Assembly (NCBI GenBank): GCA_049320885.1
Contig: JBMORA010000012.1
Coordinates: forward strand, 88,445 to 152,444
Source: Thermodesulfobacteriota bacterium
Lineage (GTDB): Bacteria; Desulfobacterota; Desulfobacteria; Desulfobacterales; SURF-7
Direction of reading: 5' to 3'
Length of the DNA: 64,000 nucleotides
Shown: positions 19,717-29,902 of the stretch, piece after piece
Layout of the letters: each line of letters starts with the position of its first letter
Position numbering within the stretch: position 1 is the stretch's first letter
The notes under the pieces: model-generated
The model's input: only the letters and a program-made list of their open reading frames with translations
Told to the model about the DNA's origin: nothing
The model's database searches: none
Position numbers and translations under genes: made by a program

Positions 19717-21678
19717 TTATGGATTCATCAGTTTCGCAGCCATTTGCCGATAGGCTGCGGAGTCCGGTGTTTTCCGCGCCATTTGATGCAGCCAGGCAAT
19801 GGCTTTCTTCCGTTTATTCGCCGGAACCTTATTCGGATTGATAAAAAAGATCATTTTATATCTCCTGCTGATTCGAATCGTTTCCAGCGGCTCCATATTT
19901 TTTGTTATATAATCGATTATATAATCGTTTGAATCATATTGCGGATAGGCAAACAACCCCTGAAAGAAGGAATGGCCGGTGCCTGAGAGGGATTGCGCGC
20001 TGAAAGCCGGAGTGTTTTCGAACACAAACGCCAAAACCGGCTCTCGCTTGTCGCGGATCATTCTTTCAACCCAGGATTGATGAGCCCGGGAAAAAGCCGG
20101 GCTTCCAGGATTAAGAAAGGAGTCAACAAGGGCTGGTCTGCGTTTTGCAATCATATGAGCCATGGGATTCAGAACAGTTGATATCATAAAATCATCGGGA
20201 TTAGAAAACTCATTGGTCCTGGATTCCACCCAGCCATATATGCTGGAATAGACGGAATTGGTTTTGATTCCGGCGCCGAATCCTTGTTTGATCACTGTAT
20301 CCATTTTTTCAGGTGAGACGTCGAAATACGTATGCCGCCAGTCCGACCATCCGATTTCGTAATAAAACGGACCAAAACAAATGATAATGGAGAAAATTTG
20401 GATGGCGATGGATTTCGTTTTAAAAAATTGGTGATGGGTCAAGAATAAGGTGACGGCTGCCATGGCAGGGATGGCGCAATGCATCAGTGTAAGCATTCCA
20501 AGGCCTGAAAAAACGACCATGCTGAGAGAAAGCACCATACAGGGCAGCACGATGAGAACGAATGGGAGTTTTTCAGATGGGAACTTGCCGTGAAATATCC
20601 TGATACCCCAACCAAGGCCGACAATGAGATAAAAAGCGGCGAGATATGAGGCGAACCAGCCCGGCCGCCTGTAGCTGTCAATCCAGCAGGGACGGAGTAT
20701 TCCGAAAAAGGAGGTCTCCATTATCAGGTAGGAAAGAATGGAAATGAACACCAGGCAGGAGAAACCGTAAATCCAGTGGAATCTGTACAGATGCAACGAT
20801 AGCCGGATCAAAACCAATATCGCTCCGGCAACCAATACATGGGAAACAATGCCCGGATTGATTGTAATCAGACCCGAGTCCGAATAAAACGGTATGGATC
20901 TGAAAAAAATAACCGTCTTGAACAGCGCCTTGATGTAGGCGACATTAAAATATGAAAGGAAAACAAGCCAGCAAATACAAAATGGGCTCATGACCAGCAG
21001 CACGTCCCGAAATGGAAAAACAAGCTGGTCCGGCTTGATTCGTTTCAAGAGAAAAAAGAGCAGCAGCGGCGCGACGATTATGACACTTAAATGGAGCAGG
21101 CATATGCTGATGCACCATAAACAAAAACCGGAAAGAAGATAAAAGACCTTTTTACTGACCGGGCTGTTGGCGGTGATCCCAAAAAGGAAAAATGAAATAT
21201 ACAGGATCAAGAAAAAATGCGGGTAGGTATAATAGTTCAGGTTGGATGTCGACCCCACTGGATCTAGTCCGGTGAAAGCAAAGATCGAGAATACATAACC
21301 GAGGAACCAGGCTTTTTTTTCTACCCTGAAAAGCGCAATGGAAAATACCAGGAGGGCCGCAATCGTGAAACCGTATTGCAGCCGCCGGAACCCGAGCAGC
21401 GTGATATCGGGAAAAAGGCGGAAGATTTGGCTGTTAACCAAGGTGTATAATCGTAAAAGGCCGATATCCGCGTCTTTGAGGAAATGATCGCCGGCAGCAA
21501 GACGCCAGCTTTCGGTCATATGGTAGCCTTCATCGACAAAATTGAAGCCATAGGGAAGTTTGATCCATCCCCATATCGCCAGCAGTACAAATAGCCCAAT
21601 CCCCCACAAGAAAACAAAGGATTGATCGCGGCTTGTGATCGATTTGCCCGCCGGCTTGTTTTTTATCTCGCTTGGCAT
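19717..21678 (-). CDS. Polytopic membrane protein, putative GT-C glycosyltransferase (paralog 1 of 3)
   Basis: YGFNFVDEGYHMTESWRL (DE motif after TM1); many TMs; homologous to 26178-28001 and 28025-29890. Confidence 0.65.
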   Translation of the reverse strand: MPSEIKNKPAGKSITSRDQSFVFLWGIGLFVLLAIWGWIKLPYGFNFVDEGYHMTESWRLAAGDHFLKDADIGLLRLYTLVNSQIFRLFPDITLLGFRRLQYGFTIAALLVFSIALFRVEKKAWFLGYVFSIFAFTGLDPVGSTSNLNYYTYPHFFLILYISFFLFGITANSPVSKKVFYLLSGFCLWCISICLLHLSVIIVAPLLLFFLLKRIKPDQLVFPFRDVLLVMSPFCICWLVFLSYFNVAYIKALFKTVIFFRSIPFYSDSGLITINPGIVSHVLVAGAILVLIRLSLHLYRFHWIYGFSCLVFISILSYLIMETSFFGILRPCWIDSYRRPGWFASYLAAFYLIVGLGWGIRIFHGKFPSEKLPFVLIVLPCMVLSLSMVVFSGLGMLTLMHCAIPAMAAVTLFLTHHQFFKTKSIAIQIFSIIICFGPFYYEIGWSDWRHTYFDVSPEKMDTVIKQGFGAGIKTNSVYSSIYGWVESRTNEFSNPDDFMISTVLNPMAHMIAKRRPALVDSFLNPGSPAFSRAHQSWVERMIRDKREPVLAFVFENTPAFSAQSLSGTGHSFFQGLFAYPQYDSNDYIIDYITKNMEPLETIRISRRYKMIFFINPNKVPANKRKKAIAWLHQMARKTPDSAAYRQMAAKLMNP

Positions 21679-22805
21679 ACGGTTTTATGTCTTTCTGGTT
21701 TGATTTGGAACGTAAAATATTTTTTTGCTTTTAGAAAATGTTGTTCCAGCAGATGAAAGCTGAGAAAGGAAACGGAAAAAGTGGCGAGCAGCACGGTTAT
21801 GAACTGAAGCCACGGATTTTCGATATGTAGGGAGAGAACATCGAAACGGATGATGCTAACGAAAATTATCCAATGATAAATATAAATACCATAACTATAT
21901 TTCCCCAATAGCCGCAGGATATTGTTACTGAGAAAGCGCTTTACGGGAATGATGCCATCGTTAAGTGAAAGGTAAATCAAACAGGAAAAGAACAGGGCGA
22001 TAATTGGAGTCATAACAACGAGTATTAAGGGGGAAGCGGCATGGATTCCCTTTTCGATGATACCGGTGAGCATTAGAATGGAGAAGGACAGGAAAAAGAG
22101 AAATCTGGCTTTCTTGGTGATTATGGCCTTATCCCAATATAAATGGGCATAGGCGGCTAATCCGCCGAAAGCAAAACAATCCATTCTGGCGAACATATTG
22201 GTGAACAGAACCGGAGCAGTCATTCCAATGAAAAATAAACAGGTTTTAAAAGAGATCGCGGCGGTGATGATGGCGGTCATTACAAACGGTAGCCTCGCGG
22301 ATTGAAAGGTAAAAATTATTAACGGCCAAAAAAGGTAAAATTGTTCTTCGACACATAAACTCCAAAAATGATTTAGATAATCACTGATGGCCCATGAGTT
22401 GTTGATCCAGATATAGATATTATAGGCATACAGAAAAAACCACTTCATGGGCGCGCAGTATTGAATCGTGTAATGGATGTCTGCATTTTTGATTAACAGA
22501 AAAAAAACAACCGTAAGCGTGAAATAATACAAAGGAAAAATGCGTAGGGATCTTCTTCCATAAAAAATCAGGTATTTTTTTTGTGTCTGTTTCAGTCCGA
22601 TGAGAATCCTTGTGATTAAAAAGCCGGAAAGCACAAAAAAGAGATCAACACCGATCCAGCAAGAAGCTTTGATTGGCGCGATGAAATCAGACATCGGCAG
22701 GCTATTCAGAGGCATGCAATGAAAAATGAGCACAAGCGTTATCGCCATCCCGCGGATGCCGTCCAACTCGGGAAAATGGCTGTCAAGACAATGATTCGAA
22801 TTCAT
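21663..22805 (-). CDS. Acyltransferase family 3 (OafA-like) membrane O-acyltransferase
   Basis: LDGIRG, GVDLFFVLSGFLIT, RRSLRIFPLY, HFWSLCVEEQFY, GKYSYGIYIYH. Confidence 0.92.
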   Translation of the reverse strand: MNSNHCLDSHFPELDGIRGMAITLVLIFHCMPLNSLPMSDFIAPIKASCWIGVDLFFVLSGFLITRILIGLKQTQKKYLIFYGRRSLRIFPLYYFTLTVVFFLLIKNADIHYTIQYCAPMKWFFLYAYNIYIWINNSWAISDYLNHFWSLCVEEQFYLFWPLIIFTFQSARLPFVMTAIITAAISFKTCLFFIGMTAPVLFTNMFARMDCFAFGGLAAYAHLYWDKAIITKKARFLFFLSFSILMLTGIIEKGIHAASPLILVVMTPIIALFFSCLIYLSLNDGIIPVKRFLSNNILRLLGKYSYGIYIYHWIIFVSIIRFDVLSLHIENPWLQFITVLLATFSVSFLSFHLLEQHFLKAKKYFTFQIKPERHKTVCQAR

Positions 22806-22833
22806 ATGATGGCAATTTCATGACAGTAAAATA

Positions 22834-24162
22834 TTATTCAGGCTCTTTCATCCAAACCAGAGCGGAAGAGATTTTATCAATAATGAACGGCTTTAACAAA
22901 TTGACGGTGAAGATCAGCAGGATGGTGATGACGATCCAGGTGCTGAAATGCTCAATGAGCACGATGGTATACTTGATTTTTGACTCCAAATGAGACCATC
23001 CCAGCCTATTGACAAGCGGTTTGACATAATAAAGGGGGAGTTCATTCCAAATCACCAGAGGCAGCAAAATGAAAAAGAATCTGATCAGCCTGTTTGTTGC
23101 GGAGGAATTTTTTTTACTCCGGAGCGTTTCGAAAAGATACGGAAAAGTAAAAATGAAAAACATGCACCGGTAGTCATAATTGGTGATGGTGAAAAAGCAA
23201 AAGAAAAGACATGCGGAACCGGTTAAGAACAAGTTGTCTTTAAAGCCGACGGTTGTATTGCCAGAAACAGGGAATTTCGGCGAAATCAAGACGGAAAACA
23301 GCAATACAGCGAAAATAGCGATGAAATAGACCGTATTATTGATGGGCCATTGTAAAAAAAGCCAGCAAAACAGAAGGGCGCCTCCGAATGCCTGGCGTGT
23401 ATAGGGCCGGATGACGGATTTCTGCAAGATGAGGAAATCGGAATAGGTGGCGATGAAATACCCTGCCCACAACAACGCCGTACAAATAAAAAACAAATAA
23501 AAATTCCGGTTCGTTTTGATATGGCGGACAAATACGGCAAAAACAATGAACGGATAAAATTTAAGCGCCCCCGCCAGAAAAATCAAGGAGCAGGACACGG
23601 CATCAAAAAGAAGCCGTCTGCAGGATAATAGATATATCGCGACCGCCAGGAGGATGAAAATTACCAGGTCATTGTTTCCCCGTTCGACGCCGAGCAATAC
23701 TGCGGGAGAAAACAGCACCATCCCACTGACAAAGAATTCGTATTTTGTTTTCGGCTTCAGGATGATCACGGATGTGAGCAGAAAAAGGAAAACGAGCACG
23801 GCGCCCACCGCCGTATTCGCAGCCCTGGATAATCCTGAATAACCGATCATGAGCCATAAACGGGAATAGATATGAACCCGTTCCAATACGTCGTATGGAT
23901 TTTCCTGAAAGACGTTGTATCCATCCCTATGGGCGTCAGAGGCGGACAGGATTGCATACATATCCAGAAATATCGGTTTGATATGGAGAATGCCCCAATA
24001 TTCCCATAAACCGTACCGGAACATGGCGAAATAAAAAATCATCAACAAAAGAACAAGGCCGATAACCCATTGATGGGTCTGAGCCAAACGGAAAAGACCG
24101 GTTGGTTTGTCAAATGACGCATTACGATTGTTTATCCGCATGGAAATGACCGATTTCTGCAA
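22834..24162 (-). CDS. GT87/DUF2029-like GT-C membrane glycosyltransferase
   Basis: FLD motif after TM1, NPYD...IYS, ERGNND, LKFYP motifs; polytopic. Confidence 0.6.
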   Translation of the reverse strand: MQKSVISMRINNRNASFDKPTGLFRLAQTHQWVIGLVLLLMIFYFAMFRYGLWEYWGILHIKPIFLDMYAILSASDAHRDGYNVFQENPYDVLERVHIYSRLWLMIGYSGLSRAANTAVGAVLVFLFLLTSVIILKPKTKYEFFVSGMVLFSPAVLLGVERGNNDLVIFILLAVAIYLLSCRRLLFDAVSCSLIFLAGALKFYPFIVFAVFVRHIKTNRNFYLFFICTALLWAGYFIATYSDFLILQKSVIRPYTRQAFGGALLFCWLFLQWPINNTVYFIAIFAVLLFSVLISPKFPVSGNTTVGFKDNLFLTGSACLFFCFFTITNYDYRCMFFIFTFPYLFETLRSKKNSSATNRLIRFFFILLPLVIWNELPLYYVKPLVNRLGWSHLESKIKYTIVLIEHFSTWIVITILLIFTVNLLKPFIIDKISSALVWMKEPE

Positions 24163-24206
24163 CTATTCCCATCTTCGAGGCTCGCGGGTACAAGCAAGCG
24201 GCATGA

Positions 24207-24222
24207 TGGCCGATAACTTGCG
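24207..24222 (+). promoter_or_regulatory. Possible sigma54 promoter upstream of the second acyltransferase-3 gene
   Basis: TGGCCGATAACTTGCG = GG-N10-GC with TGGC/TTGC, in a divergent intergenic region. Confidence 0.3.
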
Positions 24223-24385
24223 AAAAATAGTACAATATTTTGCATTTTATCACAATGCTTTTTTCGATCTGGCATATCGCCCTGTCTTATGGTATCAAGA
24301 CAAGATATTGTGATATTAATGGCATATGCCTTCCGTACATCCGTTCCACCATTGCGGCGCCTTGACCGGCGGTGATCATAAGGAA

Positions 24386-25420
24386 ATGATTGGCACAATG
24401 CGGGATAAGAGCCTGGATCTCATGAAAGCCCTGAGCATCGTCGCCGTACTGTATTGGCATCTCCAGCCTTTTGAATATAAAGTGGACCAGAACAATCTAT
24501 TCACGCATGCCATCCATTGGATAAAATATTATCTCAATTTTGAGATCACTTCCATGGCCGTGCCTGTGTTGTTGCTGGTCTCCCTGTATCTGTTTTTTTT
24601 GAAAACATTGGATGATCAGCATTATTTCCGAAAGCGAATCAAACGATTGTTCAACATATCGGCTTTCTGGATTTCCTTTCAGTTCGTTCTTTTCCTTTGG
24701 CTCCAGCCAATCAAAATTCCAGGGGATAAAATCCTGCCGATCATTCTTATGGGCGGGCCTGATTTGCCGTTGGCCGGCGGTTCGGTCTTCTATTATCTGG
24801 TGGTGCTGATGTTGTTGATCAGCTTGCTGCATTTTCTTATCTTGGCGCATATAGAACAATTCGGCCCAATGAATGTTTTCTTCATCATCCTGCTGCTGTC
24901 CTATTTCGAATATATGAACCTGACCGGCAATAATATACCCTACTGGCGAATCGACAGTTTTTTAATTTACATACCGACGATTGTGCTGATCCAAAAAAAG
25001 CGGAGCGAATGGATCAGGCGGCGATATTTTTTTATCGCCGGATTTCTTCTCTTCAGTATCCAGGACTTATTCCTTGGAAATTTAGGCGGCAATAATTCTC
25101 ATTATGCCAGGGCTTCCGTTTATTTTGGCGCGGTGGGTTTTTTTTTATTTTGTATGCGCTTGAAAACAAGAGAAAACAAGCTTGTCGATTTTTTATCCGC
25201 GTATACGTTGGGTATCTTTGCCATGCATAAATACTGGCTGATGTTGCTCTTGATTCTCTTCAATGAGCTGTATAATCGCTATGAATTCGGATTATATCTG
25301 AATTTCATGGGGCTCCGCTGGCATTGGCTCTATTTTTGTATCACCATACTCACAGTTGTTGTCACGATGCTGGCGGCGGCTGCACTGTCGTTGACCCCCG
25401 TAAAACAGTTTGTGAAATGA
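24386..25420 (+). CDS. Acyltransferase family 3 (WecH/YiaH-like)
   Basis: LDLMKALSIVAVLYWH, AVPVLLLVS, KRIKRL, YTLGIFAMH; start 24386 or 24398. Confidence 0.75.
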   Translation: MIGTMRDKSLDLMKALSIVAVLYWHLQPFEYKVDQNNLFTHAIHWIKYYLNFEITSMAVPVLLLVSLYLFFLKTLDDQHYFRKRIKRLFNISAFWISFQFVLFLWLQPIKIPGDKILPIILMGGPDLPLAGGSVFYYLVVLMLLISLLHFLILAHIEQFGPMNVFFIILLLSYFEYMNLTGNNIPYWRIDSFLIYIPTIVLIQKKRSEWIRRRYFFIAGFLLFSIQDLFLGNLGGNNSHYARASVYFGAVGFFLFCMRLKTRENKLVDFLSAYTLGIFAMHKYWLMLLLILFNELYNRYEFGLYLNFMGLRWHWLYFCITILTVVVTMLAAAALSLTPVKQFVK

Positions 25421-25450
25421 TTGGTAGCAATAACCCGGATTATCAATGGA

Positions 25451-26110
25451 ATGATGAAGACGAGAATTGATTCGAACGATCAGATCGACAATGGAATCCG
25501 TTCCTTATTGAAGCGACCATGCATCTATTTATTTTTCCAGGCGGTAATGAACAGCCACGGGAAATATGCGATGTATCTGGAACGCTTTTTACAACCCGTG
25601 AATGGAAAACGGATTCTCGATATCGGTTGCGGATGCGCCGACATTCTCAAGCTCTTGCCCGCGGGTGTGGAATATGTGGGGTATGATTTGAGCCGGGAAT
25701 ATATCGAATATGCCCAAAGGAAATATGGGCATCGTGCCGAATTTCACCTTAAACGGGTAAAAGATATAACGCTTGATGAAAAAAACCAATTTGATATCGT
25801 TCTCGCTGACGGGCTGTTACATCACCTCTCCGATACGGAGGCTGCCGAACTTTTCAGGGTGGGGCATGACGCCTTGTCCGATCATGGGTTCATGTTTACA
25901 GTTGATCCGACGGTCAACAGCAGCCAAAGGCTCATATCAAGATGGATCAGTTTGATGGACAGGGGCATGCATGTCCGGACCCCAGAGCAATACCATCGCA
26001 TCGCCTGCGCGGTTTTTCCTGCGGTTGAAATCACTGTGATCGATAATGTCAGCGGAAGACCGCAAACCGGCTGTTTTTTGAAATGTTATAAAACCAGTAA
26101 CCGAAAATAG
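25451..26110 (+). CDS. Class I SAM-dependent methyltransferase
   Basis: ILDIGCG, GYDLS, GLLHHLSD; start uncertain (TTG 25421 or ATG 25451). Confidence 0.85.
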   Translation: MMKTRIDSNDQIDNGIRSLLKRPCIYLFFQAVMNSHGKYAMYLERFLQPVNGKRILDIGCGCADILKLLPAGVEYVGYDLSREYIEYAQRKYGHRAEFHLKRVKDITLDEKNQFDIVLADGLLHHLSDTEAAELFRVGHDALSDHGFMFTVDPTVNSSQRLISRWISLMDRGMHVRTPEQYHRIACAVFPAVEITVIDNVSGRPQTGCFLKCYKTSNRK

Positions 26111-26153
26111 GCGGCCACCTCCTTGTTTGCCCGATTTTGTCCGTCAGCAGGAG

Positions 26154-26177
26154 ACCGCTTTCAATACTGAAAGCGGT
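26154..26177. terminator. Hairpin between convergent genes (likely terminator)
   Basis: Perfect 10-bp stem ACCGCTTTCA-ATAC-TGAAAGCGGT abutting the stop codon at 26178. Confidence 0.6.
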
Positions 26178-28001
26178 TTATCGGGAGGTCGATAGGTAAG
26201 CCCCCTTGTCGCCGTAACATTTCACAATATGGCCTTGAGCGATAACGAATTCCTCCAGAAAAGTCATATGCTGAACAATGTATTCAGATATCGGTTCATG
26301 GGCAGGAAAAGAGAATTGTTTCCCGAACCAGGCGTATTTTTGTTCTTTAAGCGAAATCGGCATGATGGCAGGATATGATTCAAAAACATAAGCAATTTTC
26401 GGCCTTCGATTATCCGCCACCATTTTACCCACGGCGGATTCAAAATAGGATGCCGGCACTTCTCCAAAAGAGATGAAGGTATCTTCCAAAGACGGCTTGC
26501 GTTTTGCAATCATATGAACCATCGGGGATAGCACGTACGAAAGGACATAATCGTTTTCCGAAGAGTATTGTTCCGAGGTTCTCTGGATCCACCCATAGAG
26601 TTTTTGATAATATGGATTTGTCAGGATACCTTCCCCGAAGCCACTTTCGAGGCGCACGACGGTCTGCTCAGGCACCACATCGAAAAATGTAAATTCCCAA
26701 TCGGAAATGGCTGTTGTTAGATAATAAGGCCAAAAGAAACAAAATAGAAAGGCTGCCTGAAGAGCGAGCGGCTTTTGACGGATTGTCTTGCCTCCCGAAA
26801 GGAACATCGAAGTCGCGGTGACCAGCGGAATGGCGGTGAAAAGAGAAACCAGGCCTCCCAATGTGGATAAAACCGATCCGGTTACTGTTAAAATGGCGGA
26901 GGGGACCATCAATATTCCAGCCATGATGTCCAATCGGGAGCATTGAATGCGTAACAGCAGTTTTCTGGAGAACGAGATCGAGAACACAATCATGGATGAG
27001 ATCAGGAGCGACGAAAACCAGAAAGGGCGATCGAACCAGCCGTTGTGGAAAGGCTGGATGCGGCCCCATAAGGAAGTGGATATGATGAAAAACAGCAGGA
27101 AGGACAACAGCAGGGACAACAGAAGCAGAAGGGAATTTGGTAATTTGGGAAGTTGAAAGAAAAACAGAATATACAGGGTGGTAATGGCCAGGTATTTGAA
27201 AATTTCAGGGTTGACCGCAATGAGCGCATGGGCGGAATGGGTTGACGTGGACAGCAACAATTGTACGGAAGTGATTACGTTCACCAAATATGGTTTGTTG
27301 AAATATGTGAGGAAGAATGCCCAGATGAGACAAAAAGGCAACAGCGTGTAAAAGAGATCCGCCCAGTCATAAACGACAGATTCTGATGGCAGTCTTTTGG
27401 ATATCCACCACAAAATGATGGGAGACAGAATGACGGTGCTCATGTGAAGAAGGCTGATGCTGATCAGCCAGATGAAGCAACCGGAAAGGAGCAGGAGCAG
27501 CCGCCGGGGCAAGATCCGTTTCTGGGATATACCGAAAAGCAGAAAGGCCAGGTGCAGGGTGATGAACAAATGGGGATAGGTATGATAGGACAGATTCGAT
27601 ATCATCCCCACCGGATCGAGACCGGTAAACGCAAATACAGAAAAGATGAAGGGGAAACACCAGGAAGGCGCACCCATCCTGATTGCTGCTATTCCCAGTA
27701 ACAAAAGGCAGAACAGGGTCAGGGAAAATTGTATTTTCCGGAAACCGAGCAGGGTTATCGTCTTGAACAATGAAAAAATTTGAGCATTGAGTAAAGTGAA
27801 ATGGCGCAGGGAGCCGGTGATTTTATCTTTTAAAAAATGATCGCCGGCACTCAAACGCCAGCTTTCGGTCATATGATACCCTTCATCGATGAAATTGAAT
27901 CCATATTGCAATTTATTCCAGCCCCAGAATGCGGATATCAGGAACAGAATCGCAAAAAGCATCCAAACGGCATTTTTCTGAAATGAATTTGGGGCATGCA
28001 T
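26178..28001 (-). CDS. Putative GT-C glycosyltransferase (paralog 2 of 3)
   Basis: YGFNFIDEGYHMTESWRL; FTGLDPVG; SPMVHMIAKRKPSLEDTF; start re-assigned to ATG 28001. Confidence 0.65.
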   Translation of the reverse strand: MHAPNSFQKNAVWMLFAILFLISAFWGWNKLQYGFNFIDEGYHMTESWRLSAGDHFLKDKITGSLRHFTLLNAQIFSLFKTITLLGFRKIQFSLTLFCLLLLGIAAIRMGAPSWCFPFIFSVFAFTGLDPVGMISNLSYHTYPHLFITLHLAFLLFGISQKRILPRRLLLLLSGCFIWLISISLLHMSTVILSPIILWWISKRLPSESVVYDWADLFYTLLPFCLIWAFFLTYFNKPYLVNVITSVQLLLSTSTHSAHALIAVNPEIFKYLAITTLYILFFFQLPKLPNSLLLLLSLLLSFLLFFIISTSLWGRIQPFHNGWFDRPFWFSSLLISSMIVFSISFSRKLLLRIQCSRLDIMAGILMVPSAILTVTGSVLSTLGGLVSLFTAIPLVTATSMFLSGGKTIRQKPLALQAAFLFCFFWPYYLTTAISDWEFTFFDVVPEQTVVRLESGFGEGILTNPYYQKLYGWIQRTSEQYSSENDYVLSYVLSPMVHMIAKRKPSLEDTFISFGEVPASYFESAVGKMVADNRRPKIAYVFESYPAIMPISLKEQKYAWFGKQFSFPAHEPISEYIVQHMTFLEEFVIAQGHIVKCYGDKGAYLSTSR

Positions 28002-28024
28002 AATATGTTGTCGCTGCGTCTCTT

Positions 28025-29890
28025 TCACTTGCTGGTCCCGGACTGCGAACGGTCCCGATAGCATCTGATCCGATTTGTATCAGTCAGCGGGAACACGGAT
28101 ATCAATTCCATATGCTGTAAGACATACTGTGAAATCGGATCATTGGAGGGGAACCAGAGCTGTTTTCCGAACCATTCATACCGGTTGTCCGAAAGGGAGA
28201 CGGGAACCAGCGCCGGCATCGCCTCGAACATGAACGCCAGTTTGGGAAGACGTCCCTCCTGTTTCATATGTTCTATAATTTCAGCGTAGTATTTGCCTGG
28301 TACCACCGGAAGGGAAACGAACGTGTCTTCCAATGACGGCTTCCGCTTTGCGATCATATGAACCATGGGGGATAACACATAAGAAAGAATATAATCGTTT
28401 TCATCCGTATGCTGTTGCGACAATTCACCAATCCAGCCGTAGAGATTCTTATAGACCGGATTGGTCTTGATTCCTTTCCCGAATCCTTTTTCAATCGTGA
28501 CGGACATCTGTTCGGGAACCAGGTCAAAATAGGTGAATTTCCAATCAAACAAAGCGGTGGTGACATAAAACGGCGCGAGGGTCACCAGCAGCAGAACGGC
28601 CTGCCATAGGATAGGCGCTGATCGGACCTTTCTGGATTGAAGCAGCCAGATGGCTGCGGCGATGATAATGGGAATGCAGGCATGTAAAACGGTCAGGGAG
28701 CCAAGGGCTGAAAAAAGACTGCTGCTGACGGCCACAAGGGTGCAGGGAGCCATTATGACCATCAGGATCGTTTCGTTGAAGGTGATTCCCTTTTTCTGTA
28801 TCAGACGTCCCCCGATATGGGCCCAGAAAAATGCCATCAGACAGATGATCAGGGCGGCGAGCCACATGGGGTGGGAAAACCAATTGTATACCGGACGGAT
28901 CATGCCCCAGCAGGCGGTCTTGATGATCAGGAACATGAGTCCGGCAAGACAGCTGATTAGGATCAATTGGAAATATCGGCCGGGGATCTTGAAAAGGATA
29001 ATGAGGACAGATAGAAGAAAGCCAAATGTGATGCCGATGTATTTCATGGCTTCGGGATTGATGGACAGCAAGGCTCCGGTCGAATGATTGGGGGTGGATA
29101 GCAGCAGATCCAAGGATTTGTAGACATTCATCAGATAAGGAACACGGAAATAAGCGATAAAGAACAGCCAGAACAAAAGAAAGGGTAAAATGATGGATGC
29201 AACATCCCTTTTATCGAAATCTGGTGGATTGGAACCCGCCGCCCGAATACCTAACCAGATGATGCCTGGTGACAGGATGACAATGCTCAAATGGAGGACG
29301 GACAGGCTGATGAACCAGAGGGAGACACCACTCAGGACATAAAAAAGTCTTTTGCCGGCAAGCCGCCGGGCCGCCAATCCCAGCAGGAAAAACGAGACAT
29401 GGAGAATCAGAAAAAAGTGGGGATAGGTGTAATACGAAAGATTGGAAATGGTGCCGGCGGGTTCCAGGCCGGTGAAAAGAAAAACCGAAAAAACGAGCGG
29501 AAAAAACCAGAAGACACGAAAGGTATTGTACAGCGCCAATCCGAGGATGAATAGGGATGCAACTGTTAAGAAAAATTGAATTTTACGGAAATCCAGCAGG
29601 GTGATGTCCGGATCCAGGCGAAAAATGACTGCATTGATCAATGTGAAGGCCCGCAGGGCTCCGGTCATCTTGTCCTTGAATGGATGATCGCCGGCGGCCA
29701 ACCGCCAGCTTTCCGTCATGTGATATCCTTCATCGATGAAATTGAAGCCGTAGTGGAGCTTCAGCCAGCCCCAATATGCCAGAACTAGAACAAGGAAGAG
29801 GCTGAATGCGAAAAGCACCCGGTCCAATGGGCTTGATGACCGATTTGCTTTTGGTTCAGCATATGCTGTTATGGTGGAATTATCTTGCAT
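28025..29890 (-). CDS. Putative GT-C glycosyltransferase (paralog 3 of 3)
   Basis: YGFNFIDEGYHMTESWRL; SNLSYYTYPH; SPMVHMIAKRKPSLEDTF. Confidence 0.65.
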   Translation of the reverse strand: MQDNSTITAYAEPKANRSSSPLDRVLFAFSLFLVLVLAYWGWLKLHYGFNFIDEGYHMTESWRLAAGDHPFKDKMTGALRAFTLINAVIFRLDPDITLLDFRKIQFFLTVASLFILGLALYNTFRVFWFFPLVFSVFLFTGLEPAGTISNLSYYTYPHFFLILHVSFFLLGLAARRLAGKRLFYVLSGVSLWFISLSVLHLSIVILSPGIIWLGIRAAGSNPPDFDKRDVASIILPFLLFWLFFIAYFRVPYLMNVYKSLDLLLSTPNHSTGALLSINPEAMKYIGITFGFLLSVLIILFKIPGRYFQLILISCLAGLMFLIIKTACWGMIRPVYNWFSHPMWLAALIICLMAFFWAHIGGRLIQKKGITFNETILMVIMAPCTLVAVSSSLFSALGSLTVLHACIPIIIAAAIWLLQSRKVRSAPILWQAVLLLVTLAPFYVTTALFDWKFTYFDLVPEQMSVTIEKGFGKGIKTNPVYKNLYGWIGELSQQHTDENDYILSYVLSPMVHMIAKRKPSLEDTFVSLPVVPGKYYAEIIEHMKQEGRLPKLAFMFEAMPALVPVSLSDNRYEWFGKQLWFPSNDPISQYVLQHMELISVFPLTDTNRIRCYRDRSQSGTSK

Positions 29891-29902
29891 GAATACGGTG
29901 AC

